Part shown: one piece after another, positions 30,285 through 40,751 of the stretch
Position numbering within the stretch: the first letter of the stretch is position 1
Layout of the letters: every line of letters begins with the position of its first letter
Source: an uncultured Lishizhenia sp.
Lineage (GTDB): Bacteria; Bacteroidota; Bacteroidia; Flavobacteriales_D; Crocinitomicaceae
NCBI GenBank assembly: GCA_964534395.1
Contig: CAZHOW010000015.1
Span: forward strand, 517 to 64,516
DNA: 64,000 bases
Direction of reading: 5' to 3'
Translations under genes and position numbers: made by a program
Notes under the pieces: model-generated
What the model saw: the letters and a program-made list of their open reading frames with translations, nothing else
Databases searched by the model: none
Told to the model about the DNA's origin: nothing

Positions 30285-30431
30285 TTATTTTGACGACGAA
30301 CTATTAATTGATTTTCCTATTGAACAGGAATCACAAGAAGTTTCCTTTTTAAAAAACTTGATCCAAATTAATCGAGAAAGGTATACTACAGATGACGCAA
30401 CCAAAATCCAAACGAATATTTCCTGAATCAT
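30285..30431 (-). CDS. Small FeoB-associated Cys-rich membrane protein (candidate, below the ORF-track size cutoff)
   Basis: Hand translation from ATG at 30431: MIQEIFVWILVASSVVYLSRLIWIKFFKKETSCDSCSIGKSINSSSSK (48 aa). One TM helix, then a basic patch, then CxxC. Starts 32 nt after the feoB stop and ends 9 nt before the corA ATG. Confidence 0.55.
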   Translation of the reverse strand: MIQEIFVWILVASSVVYLSRLIWIKFFKKETSCDSCSIGKSINSSSSK

Positions 30432-30462
30432 AATGACATAAAGATACGCATAATATCCTTTT

Positions 30463-32418
30463 TTAGCTTAAAAGTTGGAAACTTAAAAAAGATCCAAAAT
30501 AGGCTAAAAAACCCATGTAAAGAATTTGAATCACAGGCCATTTCCAAGATTGAGTTTCGCGTTTTACAACTGCCAGTGTCGCCATACATTGCATTGCAAA
30601 AACATAGAAAATCATGAGTGATAAGCCACTTGCAAGACTGTAAACAGGATTTCCTTGGTCATTTTTTTCGTTTCGCATTTTTTCTATAAGCTTGAGGTTT
30701 GATTCCGAGTCATTATTGACTGCGTAAATAGTTGCTAATGAACCTACAAAAACTTCTCTCGCTGCAAATGAAGTAATTAAGGATATTCCTATTTTCCAAT
30801 CGAAGCCAAGGGGTTTAATGATGGGTTCAATACTTTTCCCCATGATTCCAATGAATGAAGATTCCAATTTCACGGATGCTAATTGCTGTTTCTTTTCATT
30901 ATCAGATAGTGATTTATAATAAGTCGATTGAATCAATTTCTTTTCCGACTTCTCTATTCTACCACTCGGGCCAAAAGTCGCGAGAGCCCAGAGAATTATC
31001 GAGATTGCAAGGATTATTTTTCCGGCATCAAGAACAAATATTTTCACCTTTTCTAATATGTTGATTCCAACATTTGTCCAACGTGGACTTCGATAGCTAG
31101 GTAGTTCGAGCAACAAAAACCCTTTTTCTCTATTTCCAATAAATTGTTTCAATAGAAGGGAAACTAATACTGCAGAAACAATCCCTAACAAATACAAGCT
31201 CAAAAGAACGATTCCTTGTAGATTCATAAATCCAAGTATTTTTTGATTGGGAATGACCAGTGATATAAGCAGCGTATAAACTGGGATTCTGGCACTACAA
31301 CTCATTAATGGCGCAACCAATATCGTAATCATTCGCTCCTTCCAGTCAGCAATCGTTCGAGCGGACATTATTCCCGGAATGGCACAGGCGGCACTCGACA
31401 TAAGTGGAACGATGCTTTTTCCGTTTAATCCTAACGGACGCATGATACGATCCATGATAAAAACTACTCGTGCCAAATAGCCAGTTTCTTCCAAAATTGA
31501 AATAAAAAAGAACAAAAGAGCAATCTGAGGAATAAATACAAGCACTCCGCCAATTCCAGGAATAATCCCTTGACTAATTAAATCACTCAACATTCCGTTT
31601 GGCAATGTACCCGAAACCCAGCCTCCTAAGGAAACGAAAAGTCCATCAATGAAATCCATCGGAATAGAAGCAAAGGAAAAAATAAATTGAAAAACAAGAA
31701 GAAGTATAGCAAGAAATATAACGTAACCAAAAATTGGATGAATCAAGACGCGATCAATTTTACGAGAAAAGGTATCTGATTTTATTTGATTTTGATTCTC
31801 AATATCTCGTATAATTTCCTTAATTTTTAGAAACCTTTCATTCGCCTCATCGGATTGCATAGGTTGATCTTCTTGAGACGCCGGTTCGTAGTTTGGAATG
31901 AATTTTGAAAGGCGTTTCGAGACTTTCCAATTTTTTATTACATCCAAAATACGATTTTTACCCAGCCCCACTCGGGCGTTGGCTGTTATAATCTCAACAT
32001 CGGGAAATCGATTCTTTAATTTTTCAATATCAATTTCAATTCCTCTTTTAATTGCAACATCCCACATATTCAAAACCAAAATCAGCGGGATGTCTAAATC
32101 ATATAACTGCGTAAAAAAAAGTAGATTTCGCTCTAAATTCGACGCGTCAGCCACATATATCGCTAACTCGGGATATTCAATTGAATTTTTATTGGTCAAA
32201 GCCGAATAAACGACTTCCTCATCTTTCGTTCTCGGGTAAATACTGTAAACACCTGGAAAATCTGTTAGTTCATGCTCAACACCTGAAACATTCATAACCC
32301 CTGTTCGCTTCTCAACGGTTACTCCAGGAAAATTTCCTATTGATTGCCTAAGGCCTGTCAACAAATTAAATATTGAACTTTTTCCAGTATTTGGATTTCC
32401 GAGTAAGGCTATTTTCAT
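30463..32418 (-). CDS. feoB: Ferrous iron transporter FeoB
   Basis: 651 aa. N-terminal G domain GNPNTGKSS, DFPG, and a polytopic membrane domain. Confidence 0.95.
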   Translation of the reverse strand: MKIALLGNPNTGKSSIFNLLTGLRQSIGNFPGVTVEKRTGVMNVSGVEHELTDFPGVYSIYPRTKDEEVVYSALTNKNSIEYPELAIYVADASNLERNLLFFTQLYDLDIPLILVLNMWDVAIKRGIEIDIEKLKNRFPDVEIITANARVGLGKNRILDVIKNWKVSKRLSKFIPNYEPASQEDQPMQSDEANERFLKIKEIIRDIENQNQIKSDTFSRKIDRVLIHPIFGYVIFLAILLLVFQFIFSFASIPMDFIDGLFVSLGGWVSGTLPNGMLSDLISQGIIPGIGGVLVFIPQIALLFFFISILEETGYLARVVFIMDRIMRPLGLNGKSIVPLMSSAACAIPGIMSARTIADWKERMITILVAPLMSCSARIPVYTLLISLVIPNQKILGFMNLQGIVLLSLYLLGIVSAVLVSLLLKQFIGNREKGFLLLELPSYRSPRWTNVGINILEKVKIFVLDAGKIILAISIILWALATFGPSGRIEKSEKKLIQSTYYKSLSDNEKKQQLASVKLESSFIGIMGKSIEPIIKPLGFDWKIGISLITSFAAREVFVGSLATIYAVNNDSESNLKLIEKMRNEKNDQGNPVYSLASGLSLMIFYVFAMQCMATLAVVKRETQSWKWPVIQILYMGFLAYFGSFLSFQLLS

Positions 32419-32461
32419 TGGAATTGACTCAAAACAATTGGAGAACTCGTAAATTTATAAA

Positions 32462-32698
32462 TTATAATTGGTTCTCGTCTTCAATGACAATATTGACTGC
32501 CTCATCCAATCGAAGTGAAATTATACATCCATTTAACTCAACTGCAATAGGATCTTTTAGAGGTGCCCGAAACACGACCTCAACCTCTGATCCTCGAATA
32601 AAACCGAGTTCTACTAACTTAGCGCTGATGTGGGTTGATGAAATACTAAGTATTTTTCCTTTGTTTCCCGGATTTAATTGTGCCAACGTGCGAGTCAT
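32462..32698 (-). CDS. feoA: FeoA (SH3-like) iron transport accessory protein
   Basis: 78 aa. LAQLNPGNKGKI..I......KLVELGFIRGSEVEV pattern typical of FeoA. Upstream of feoB. Confidence 0.9.
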   Translation of the reverse strand: MTRTLAQLNPGNKGKILSISSTHISAKLVELGFIRGSEVEVVFRAPLKDPIAVELNGCIISLRLDEAVNIVIEDENQL

Positions 32699-32750
32699 AC
32701 TAACAAAGTTAGAAAGTAACCTTTAAAAGGAACTACCCATTTTATGGTAT

Positions 32751-34025
32751 TTATGCTAAATCTTTCATTACAATTCTAGCTGTCTGTCTCGTTTTTTGTT
32801 GTAACAAGATTTCCTTCCCTGCAACAACTTTATCAATTGTTTCTTGGTTGTAGTGACGAATTGTGACTAATTCAAGGCCCTGATTATACTTCAAAATATA
32901 CTTTTCTCCAAATAACTTGAGCATATGTTCGATATTCGTCTTTTTCTCATCCAATAAAAAGTGGAAACTAACAGCAGAATTTTGCATAATGTGAATTTTG
33001 GCATTCGCAAGAGCCAACAAACGAAAAATCTCACTGAGATTTTCCTCTACGATAAACGAGAAATCACGAGGAGTTAAGGAGATAAGAACTTGATCTATTT
33101 TAAAGATAAAAGAAGGAATAAGGTGGTCCTTTTTTGTTGAAGATTGAATCACAGTGCCTTCTTCTTCGGGGTGAATAAAGGATTTCACATATAGTGGGAT
33201 TTCCTTGTTTTGAAGCGGTTTGATAGTTTTTGGATGAATAACTGTCGCGCCGTAATAGGCTAATTCGATTGCTTCTTTAAATGAAATTTCATCCAGTTTG
33301 ATGGTATCTTCAAAATATTTCGGATCCGCATTCAACATTCCTGGAACGTCTTTCCAAATTGTAACCGATTCAGCATTTGAACAATAGGCTAAAATCCCTG
33401 CTGTATAATCAGATCCTTCCCTACCTAATGTTGTTGTGAATCCCTCAGGAGTATGACCAATAAAACCTTGTGTCAACAAAATATCGTTTGATTCGAATTC
33501 ATTCATTAGTTTGGATTTCACCAATTCCTCAGTTTTTTCCCAATCCACATTACCTTCTTGGTAATTATTATCAGTTCGGATGATTCGTCGGGCATCCATC
33601 CATTTTACTGTAAAGCCATTTTCTGTTAAGAATGCTGATAAAATCTGAGATGAAAGAAGTTCACCCAAGGAAACAAGTTGGTCGTACTCAAAACAATAAT
33701 TGTCTGAAAACCCTTCATCAAACTTTTGCTCTAATTTTTCGAAAGTCGAATCAATCGTATTATAAATTGAAAAGTGTTTTTCAGAAAAAAGTTCTCCCAA
33801 AATGTGGTAATGAAATTCCCTTAATTCATTAATAAGTTCGAAATACGACTTTTTATCGTTATTCTTTAGAGCTTCAACAACTTCCTCTAATTTATTGGTC
33901 GTCTTTCCCATTGCTGACACCACGACTATCAACTTTTGTTTTTCGAATAAGGAAAGAATACGAGCGACATTATTTACCGCAGAGGCATCCTTAACAGAAG
34001 CACCTCCGAATTTAAAAACTTTCAT
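32751..34025 (-). CDS. lysC: Aspartate kinase
   Basis: 424 aa. MKVFKFGGASV N-terminus, VVSAMGKTTN, GREGSDYTA motifs, ACT-like C-terminus. Confidence 0.9.
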   Translation of the reverse strand: MKVFKFGGASVKDASAVNNVARILSLFEKQKLIVVVSAMGKTTNKLEEVVEALKNNDKKSYFELINELREFHYHILGELFSEKHFSIYNTIDSTFEKLEQKFDEGFSDNYCFEYDQLVSLGELLSSQILSAFLTENGFTVKWMDARRIIRTDNNYQEGNVDWEKTEELVKSKLMNEFESNDILLTQGFIGHTPEGFTTTLGREGSDYTAGILAYCSNAESVTIWKDVPGMLNADPKYFEDTIKLDEISFKEAIELAYYGATVIHPKTIKPLQNKEIPLYVKSFIHPEEEGTVIQSSTKKDHLIPSFIFKIDQVLISLTPRDFSFIVEENLSEIFRLLALANAKIHIMQNSAVSFHFLLDEKKTNIEHMLKLFGEKYILKYNQGLELVTIRHYNQETIDKVVAGKEILLQQKTRQTARIVMKDLA

Positions 34026-34054
34026 ATCTTAAATTTGCTAGCAAAAATAAAAAA

Positions 34055-35059
34055 TTAAGCTAGCTTTTCAGAAAGAATTTTTATCTCAATGATTGGAGAA
34101 ATTCTCTCGTAAAGGATGTGATAAGCTGCAGTTAAAATTGGCATTTCAACATTGAATTTTTTATTGATTTCCATAAGACATTTCGTCGCAAAATACCCCT
34201 CAGCAATCATATTCATTTCTAATTGAGCTGATTTCACAGAATAACCTTTTCCAATCATAAAACCAAAGGTTCGGTTACGTGAGAAATTGGAATAAGCCGT
34301 CACCAATAAATCTCCAAGATAAGCGCTTGATTTCGTATCACGGTGAACGGGACTAACCACATCTATAAATCGCTCAATTTCTTGAATGGCATTGGAAATT
34401 AAAACCGCTTGAAAATTATCGCCATAGCCTAATCCATGGCAAATTCCAGCGACCAAAGCATATACATTTTTCAAAACTGCGGATATTTCGGCTCCAAACA
34501 GATCGTCACTGGTGGTTGTTTTAATATAGCGGCAAGCCAACTTTGAAGCCATTTGAGTGGCGATTTGCTCATCAGAACAACCTATTGTAAGGTAGGAAAG
34601 ACGTTCTAATGCAACTTCTTCCGCGTGACAAGGTCCACAAATGATTCCAATTTTGTCATAAGGTGTTCCAAAAGTCTTGTGTATATACTTTGCCGGAATA
34701 GAATTGTACTCAGGAATAATTCCTTTTACAGCTGAAAAGATTATTTTATCTTTTAGTAAAGAAATAGGGATTTTCTCAAAAATAGGAACCAAAAAAGCCG
34801 CGGGAGTTGCGATAACAACAACTTTTGAAGGAATAAGAATTTGTTCCAAGTCGCTACTCAAATTGAGTTGATTCAATTCGAACTGAACTGATTGCAAATA
34901 ACGAGGATTGTGTTGGTAATTTTTCAAATGGTTGACAGCGTCGTCGCTTCGCATCCACCAACCTACTTTTTGTTCGTGATTGCAGAAAAGTTTAACAAGA
35001 GCTGTGGCCCAACTACCGCCTCCAATTACCGCAATATCGTGTGAAAACTCATTTGACAT
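34055..35059 (-). CDS. gpsA: NAD(P)H-dependent glycerol-3-phosphate dehydrogenase
   Basis: 334 aa. IGGGSWATAL dinucleotide motif, GPCHAEEVA, KNVYALVAGI motifs. Confidence 0.9.
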   Translation of the reverse strand: MSNEFSHDIAVIGGGSWATALVKLFCNHEQKVGWWMRSDDAVNHLKNYQHNPRYLQSVQFELNQLNLSSDLEQILIPSKVVVIATPAAFLVPIFEKIPISLLKDKIIFSAVKGIIPEYNSIPAKYIHKTFGTPYDKIGIICGPCHAEEVALERLSYLTIGCSDEQIATQMASKLACRYIKTTTSDDLFGAEISAVLKNVYALVAGICHGLGYGDNFQAVLISNAIQEIERFIDVVSPVHRDTKSSAYLGDLLVTAYSNFSRNRTFGFMIGKGYSVKSAQLEMNMIAEGYFATKCLMEINKKFNVEMPILTAAYHILYERISPIIEIKILSEKLA

Positions 35060-35153
35060 ATGGCAAAGTTAAAAGATTTGAGTTAAGAACGAATCAGTTT
35101 ATTTTTTCAAAAAGAACGAAGTCTTAATATCCTACTGTCATAGTGTCAAAAAA

Positions 35154-35726
35154 CTAAACCTTCGCTTCACTCAATCCTTTATCCCACAGGGGCGTATTTA
35201 AAATTGCGGGAACAACTTCCGTAGGTTCATTCACGATTGTCCAAAGTACTTGATGAGTTTCGGACATAAAATTTTCTAAAACCGCTTGATTCATTAGTTC
35301 AATGAAAGGAGTGTAATAGTTTCGCGTATTGAGAATAATGATTGGTTTTGTAAATTGACCCAATTTTTTGAGTGTGATGGCTTCAAAAAGCTCTTCAAAC
35401 GTTCCAGTGCCACCGGGCAGAGCAATCAACGCATCCGTTCCTTCTAAAAACTTCGATTTCCGCTCGTGCATAGTTTGTGTGTAAACGAAATCAGAAACTC
35501 CGCGATGCCCCCACTCCACTTCATTCATGAATTGCGGCATGATTCCTTTTATGTTACCCCCAGCTTCAAGAACTGAATCCGCAAGTTGACCCATTAGTCC
35601 TGAGGAACCTCCACCAAAAACAACTGAAAACCCATTTTTCACAAGTTCATTTGCCAATAAATCCGTGGCCTTGAAATAATCTTGGTGAATTTTCGCACTT
35701 GAAGCGCAGTAAACACAAACTTGCAT
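35154..35726 (-). CDS. LOG-family (TIGR00730-type) Rossmann protein
   Basis: 190 aa. GGGSSGLMG and PGGTGTFEELFE motifs. Confidence 0.85.
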   Translation of the reverse strand: MQVCVYCASSAKIHQDYFKATDLLANELVKNGFSVVFGGGSSGLMGQLADSVLEAGGNIKGIMPQFMNEVEWGHRGVSDFVYTQTMHERKSKFLEGTDALIALPGGTGTFEELFEAITLKKLGQFTKPIIILNTRNYYTPFIELMNQAVLENFMSETHQVLWTIVNEPTEVVPAILNTPLWDKGLSEAKV

Positions 35727-35727
35727 A

Positions 35728-36960
35728 TCAGGAATTTGAATTTAGTTGTTTTAGTTTTTCGTGAAATGATGTTGCGATTCGATTTCTATTGAAATGATCA
35801 GAAACATAAGTTCTTGCATTTTCTCCCATATTTCTAAGCTCTTCAGGATTTTCAGAAAGAAAGAGGACACATTTCGCTAGTTCATTTTCATTTTCAGGTT
35901 CAAAATACACTCCGGCTTTACCTTTCTCAATAAAATGTTGTCTTGCCTCACCATCAACACCCAGTAAAAGTGGTTTTCTCATTGCAAGAGCCTCGAAAAC
36001 TTTCGACGGAATTGCTCCTTGAAATAAATCCAGTTTTTTCAAAGGAACAAGGGCAACGTCAATTGACTTAAGAATTGAAGGCATTTCATTTTTTGAAACT
36101 GGATTCAAGAAATGGACATTATTGAGTTTCAAACCGTTCTTCAATTGCATTAACTTCTCCTTTTCAGGACCAGAACCTTGAATGATAAAATGAATATTGT
36201 GTCGCTCTCGAACGATATCTGCTGCCTTCAAAATCACTTCCAAACCTTGCGCATAGCCTAAAATTCCTCCGTAAAAAAACAACAAGTCTTCTTTTGAAAA
36301 ACCATTTTTAAATCGGAATTCACCAACATCAATCTGATCGGGATTATAAAAATCAATGTCCACGCCGTTTGGCAACCAATAAACTTTCTTTGTAGGAAAA
36401 CGAGTTGAAATATCATCCACTATTCCTTGTGTTTGACCAGTTATCAAATGGGCTTTTTGATAACATTTCCACTCTAAGTTGTAAGCTAAATTTAGCAGTT
36501 TTTTATTCGTTACTATTCCCAATTTTTCAGCACTTTCAGGCCACAGGTCAGAAACGTTAAATATCAATTTCGCATTTAATTTCCTTGATAATGCCATTGC
36601 GGAATAGCCTAGAAACAAAGGCGGACTTTCAACCATCAGAAAATCAAATGATTCGAGTTTTCTTCCTCTCCAATAAGACGACCAAACAAAACTGAAATAA
36701 TTCAAAAGTCGGGAAATAATACTTTTTGATTTTGAAACGTGAATCCAAGATCGATGAACTGGAATCCCATCAATTTCTTCCTCTCGTTTTTGTTTTTTTT
36801 CATAACCCTCCATAATTTCCATTTTCGGATAATTTGGCAAGGCAGTTAACACTTCAACGTGGACGTTTAATGTTTTCAATCGCACTGCTAACTCGTGTAA
36901 TCTATTTTGTGGAGCTCCAATTTCTGGAGGATAGTATTGAGTTAAAATCAGCAACCTCAT
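35728..36960 (-). CDS. GT4-family glycosyltransferase (WcaI/WbuB-like)
   Basis: 410 aa. MRLLILTQYYPPEIGAPQNR N-terminus and a C-terminal E..A....PLL nucleotide-sugar binding region. Confidence 0.8.
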   Translation of the reverse strand: MRLLILTQYYPPEIGAPQNRLHELAVRLKTLNVHVEVLTALPNYPKMEIMEGYEKKQKREEEIDGIPVHRSWIHVSKSKSIISRLLNYFSFVWSSYWRGRKLESFDFLMVESPPLFLGYSAMALSRKLNAKLIFNVSDLWPESAEKLGIVTNKKLLNLAYNLEWKCYQKAHLITGQTQGIVDDISTRFPTKKVYWLPNGVDIDFYNPDQIDVGEFRFKNGFSKEDLLFFYGGILGYAQGLEVILKAADIVRERHNIHFIIQGSGPEKEKLMQLKNGLKLNNVHFLNPVSKNEMPSILKSIDVALVPLKKLDLFQGAIPSKVFEALAMRKPLLLGVDGEARQHFIEKGKAGVYFEPENENELAKCVLFLSENPEELRNMGENARTYVSDHFNRNRIATSFHEKLKQLNSNS

Positions 36961-38207
36961 TGAACTCTATTGAAAAATAACCATGTTGAGAAAAAAGCAA
37001 TGAAAGGTGCTGAAGAACCAACATCCAATAAGTCATAACCCAATCCGCAGAAAATAATCGTAATCAAAAAAGCGAGTTGCCCGAACGCTTTTTCTTTTCG
37101 TTGAATTTGAAATAATCGGAATAAATAGAATAAATAAATTGCCAGTCCAAAAAATCCATACTTCAGGGATGTCCGAAGGTATTGGTTGTGAGGTGCCGTT
37201 TTTTCAAATGCATTGCAAGGCATCTCCGCATTTTGATATTCCTTGACCAATTCATCTTGCCAATCGCCTGTTCCCACTCCAAGGATTGGATTTCGTTTGA
37301 TGATTTCCAAACTTGCCTTGAGTGAATTAAATCGCAACTGAGTCGAGGACATGCAAGGTAAACTTTCAACATTAGAAGTGGAATCCAACTGGATAGTATC
37401 TTTTTTATTCAAACTTTGTGTTTCAATGGCTGCGACTTGAAAACGTCCTTGAAATGGAGGTAACAACATCAATATTCCCGAAAAAAGTATCGTTAATAAA
37501 ATAGACCATTTGCTTGATTTCTTCCAGTTGTAAATGAAGAGGAAACAAAGAGAAACCAAATAAAAGAAAATTACAATGCGACTTTGAAGCAGCAATATGC
37601 AAAGACTCAAGAAAAGAATGACCATTTGAAGAATAACTTTTCTATAGAAGTCTAACTTAGTTGAATTCAAAAATTCAAGAGCGAAAAGGGCCGCAAACAT
37701 TGAAATTATTGAAAGAATATTTGTGTCGGAATCCAAGTAAGAATAGAAAAAATTTTGAATGTTATAGTCGTAGGTAAAGCCAATGAACGAATCATAAAAA
37801 TCAATTGAAAATCGAATGATTAGCCCAAAGATGAAACTGGCAAGAACCAATGAATTCATCGACTTCTGTCTTTCGGTTTCTAGACTGAATAAAAGAATAG
37901 GAAAAATTAGAAAAGGAATGATTCTCCCCAAATCCTCAAATCCTTTGGATAAATTATTAGTGTAAACTAAACCCAAAACTGCTAACCAAAATGGTATGGT
38001 AATTAACCAAAAATTGGCATTCGAGAAAAGACTTTTAAAATTGAATGTCAGGGATTTCTTGATAAAAACTTCATAAATCCAAGTCGCCAAAAGAATAACG
38101 ATTCCGAATGGTATAAACTTAATAAAATTGATTCCAATAGCATTAATGAGAATGGCAAATTCAATTGGCTTGAGGGAAACGAATTTCTTTTTAAGAGTGG
38201 TAATCAT
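36957..38207 (-). CDS. O-antigen ligase / O-antigen polymerase-like polytopic membrane protein
   Basis: More than 10 hydrophobic helices plus a periplasmic loop, with a Wzy_C-like region (HNQYLRTSLKYGFFG). ATG at 38207 preferred over the TTG at 38288. ATGA overlap with the downstream glycosyltransferase. Confidence 0.7.
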   Translation of the reverse strand: MITTLKKKFVSLKPIEFAILINAIGINFIKFIPFGIVILLATWIYEVFIKKSLTFNFKSLFSNANFWLITIPFWLAVLGLVYTNNLSKGFEDLGRIIPFLIFPILLFSLETERQKSMNSLVLASFIFGLIIRFSIDFYDSFIGFTYDYNIQNFFYSYLDSDTNILSIISMFAALFALEFLNSTKLDFYRKVILQMVILFLSLCILLLQSRIVIFFYLVSLCFLFIYNWKKSSKWSILLTILFSGILMLLPPFQGRFQVAAIETQSLNKKDTIQLDSTSNVESLPCMSSTQLRFNSLKASLEIIKRNPILGVGTGDWQDELVKEYQNAEMPCNAFEKTAPHNQYLRTSLKYGFFGLAIYLFYLFRLFQIQRKEKAFGQLAFLITIIFCGLGYDLLDVGSSAPFIAFFSTWLFFNRVQ

Positions 38208-38346
38208 AAATTGAAATGAAAACTTCTGTTGAAGATTTTCCAATTCAAATTTAAAGAAATTAACTACTTGGATTTCTTTTAAACACAATTAATCTCTGAA
38301 CAAAATGGAATAGATGAAACTATTTGAACTCAACTCAAGGTTTTGG

Positions 38347-40065
38347 TTACGCAATTTTACTCTTCAACTGACGAATTACATCTTTTACTTCTGGAAATAA
38401 TGCTTGTGACTCATCTGCGCTTAATCCCCAACCATAGCGAGCATTTTGACATTTTTCTAGAATTCCTTTCAATTGATTTGGTAAGCCATCATCTGGCATT
38501 TTCGACTTCAATCGATTGAGTAATTCACTTGAATTTTTCGATAGGGAACTTTCATTGGTCGCAACACGAATTCCAGTTAAAATTGCATTTTCCAAGGCGG
38601 AAATTAATTTTTTGGAGTCATTCTGCTGGAGCGCTATTTCGGCATCTCTCAACTGATTTTCGACATCGTTCCAATTGAATGACAAAGTAAGTTTTTCTTG
38701 AAAAATGGATTTGTCAAAAGCGATTGTTGGTGTCTTTTTGGTTCGAGATGCGATTCCAACAAATCCAGCAATAAGTAATAGTGAAGAAAGTGAGACCCAA
38801 ACAAATGGTGAATTGAAAAACGAATTACTTTCCTTGTCCTTGGATTCTGTTAAATTAGTTTGTTTCTCAGCAATGACTGTTGTTTTTCCTTTCGGCTCAG
38901 TTGAACTTAATTTCACCTCATCTCCATCCAAAATAATTTCATCGGATTTGATTGTAACATATTTCTTCGCTTTGACATCAAAATAAGACACTTCAATCGG
39001 TGGAATGTTGAATGATCCTTCTTTGTTGACTTGAATCGTATATTCCAAATCGATTTTTCCTTCAGCACCGTTTGTTGTAAAGGAGTATTTTTCCGTTTGC
39101 TTGGGGTCACCATAAAGCGTCAATCCTTTAGGTAAATTAATCTTTGGATTGTCGATGTTATGTAAATTACCCGTTCCTTGCAAGGTCATTTTGATTGAGA
39201 AAACATCCCCTTTTTTAATCTCTTTTTTGTTCAATTCACAATTCATAGAAAGTTTCCCAACCATTCCAATGAACGATTTCGGTTGATTTTTCGGCAACGG
39301 TATCACCTCAACAACTATTCCTGTGGAAACAACCGGCATTCCTTCGAATCCTCGTTTGAGAATTAATTTGAATGGATCGATTTGCATTTTTCCTGCACCA
39401 TGTGGAAATACGAGTGAGCGATCGTACGTTATTCCATATAGTTCAATATTCTTAACTCGCTCCTGATTCGCAACCAAACGATTATTCGCAGAAAGTTCGT
39501 GCTTGTCTAAAATTCCTTTAGCGTTGTAGGATTGATAATCTTCAATGTGAGTTGGATAAAACTTGGAATATACTTTCGCATTCAAAATCAACGGTTCGCC
39601 CTCATACACTTTCTTTTTAGAAACCTCAATGACTCCGAATGCATTCTGCTTCAATTGCTTGGCTGAAATTTCCCCTGAAGAATTGATAAACGCTTCTTTT
39701 TGAACGACGACCTCAACCGTGTTCGACTTGTAAATTTTGCTTCCTGATTTCACATAAGCCGGACCAAACGTGTAGGATCCCTCCTTTTTCAAAACACCAT
39801 TTTGAGAATAATAGTAGAGTGAAATAACGCGACCGGTGCTGTAGTCCATTTCCTGCTCCATTCCATTCATCACGGCATATCCGTTTACAAATGCACTCGG
39901 AAAGTCAATATCGATTTCTCCTTGAATGTTAGTCTTAACAGTAACAACAATTTCGTCACCAACTTGAACGGATTTTGGTTCAATTTCCAGTTTTACAATC
40001 GGTTTCTGTCCAATCAGTTGGATTACAGTCAAAATAAAAAACGAAAAGAAGCCTAACTTTTTCAT
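38347..40065 (-). CDS. batD: BatD-like protein (oxygen-tolerance family)
   Basis: About 572 aa. Signal peptide, beta-rich ectodomain, late TM helix (WVSLSSLLLIAGFVGIA) and helical tail. Last gene of the Bat-type operon. ATG at 40065 forms an ATGA overlap with the batC stop. Confidence 0.75.
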   Translation of the reverse strand: MKKLGFFSFFILTVIQLIGQKPIVKLEIEPKSVQVGDEIVVTVKTNIQGEIDIDFPSAFVNGYAVMNGMEQEMDYSTGRVISLYYYSQNGVLKKEGSYTFGPAYVKSGSKIYKSNTVEVVVQKEAFINSSGEISAKQLKQNAFGVIEVSKKKVYEGEPLILNAKVYSKFYPTHIEDYQSYNAKGILDKHELSANNRLVANQERVKNIELYGITYDRSLVFPHGAGKMQIDPFKLILKRGFEGMPVVSTGIVVEVIPLPKNQPKSFIGMVGKLSMNCELNKKEIKKGDVFSIKMTLQGTGNLHNIDNPKINLPKGLTLYGDPKQTEKYSFTTNGAEGKIDLEYTIQVNKEGSFNIPPIEVSYFDVKAKKYVTIKSDEIILDGDEVKLSSTEPKGKTTVIAEKQTNLTESKDKESNSFFNSPFVWVSLSSLLLIAGFVGIASRTKKTPTIAFDKSIFQEKLTLSFNWNDVENQLRDAEIALQQNDSKKLISALENAILTGIRVATNESSLSKNSSELLNRLKSKMPDDGLPNQLKGILEKCQNARYGWGLSADESQALFPEVKDVIRQLKSKIA

Positions 40066-40751
40066 CGCCAATCTTTTCCTGAATTAGAACCTGGTTTTTT
40101 ATCATTTGAGTTTTTAGCCAAACGCTTCTTTGTTTCTGCTTCTTTACGCGTTAAATCATCGAGCATTTTATCTGCTTGTTTGTTTGGCATTTTTTTATTG
40201 TCAGAGCCATTATTACGTTGATCCGAAGAATTTTGATTCGAATTGTTTGAATTATTTTGGTTGTTGTTTTGATTTGGATTATGACTTTGATTGTCCTTCT
40301 GATCTTCTTTTTTCTGTTGTTCTTGCTGCTTTTTCTGACGTATTGCCTCCGAAAGATTGTATTTGGTTTCAGGATCGTTAGGATTATTACGCAAGGATTC
40401 TTTGTATGCTGAAATTGCTCCGTCATAATCTTTTTGTTTCATTCTCGTATTTCCCAAATTGTGATTAACACGTGCTCGTTCCTCGGGTGATTTTTTATCA
40501 TTAGCACTTTGCTCGTAGACTTTTTGAGCATTCTTGAAGTCACGCGCTCGATAAGTCGATTGTGCAATTTCGTCGGAAAGGTCAACATCTTTAGGAGCTT
40601 GCTTTTGCGCAGATTGGTAAAATCGCACGGCTTTCTCGTAATCGCCTGATTTATAAGCTTTTCGAGCAACATCAAGTGAATCAACCCAAGCTTGAGCAAA
40701 GGCTGAATTCAAAAAATTGAACGATAAGAAGGTAAAAAATATAATCTTCAT
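40062..40751 (-). CDS. batC: BatC-like TPR protein with Q/N-rich low-complexity tail
   Basis: Signal peptide MKIIFFTFLSFNFLNSAFAQ (ATG 40751, directly after the batB stop). TPR-like YEKAVRFYQ / YDGAISAYKESL repeats. NQNNNQNNSNNSNQ tract. Confidence 0.75.
   Translation of the reverse strand: MKIIFFTFLSFNFLNSAFAQAWVDSLDVARKAYKSGDYEKAVRFYQSAQKQAPKDVDLSDEIAQSTYRARDFKNAQKVYEQSANDKKSPEERARVNHNLGNTRMKQKDYDGAISAYKESLRNNPNDPETKYNLSEAIRQKKQQEQQKKEDQKDNQSHNPNQNNNQNNSNNSNQNSSDQRNNGSDNKKMPNKQADKMLDDLTRKEAETKKRLAKNSNDKKPGSNSGKDWR

Noticed and set aside
35079-35091. 13-nt identity TGAGTTAAGAACG shared with 54498-54510
   Set aside because: In 64 kb of AT-rich sequence, dozens of 13-mer coincidences are expected by chance, and the flanks do not extend the match.
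40130-40699. Three short ORFs (40130..40381 +, 40151..40426 -, 40439..40699 -) in the batC region
   Set aside because: They are out-of-frame or antisense products of the Q/N/K-rich low-complexity and TPR coding sequence of batC.
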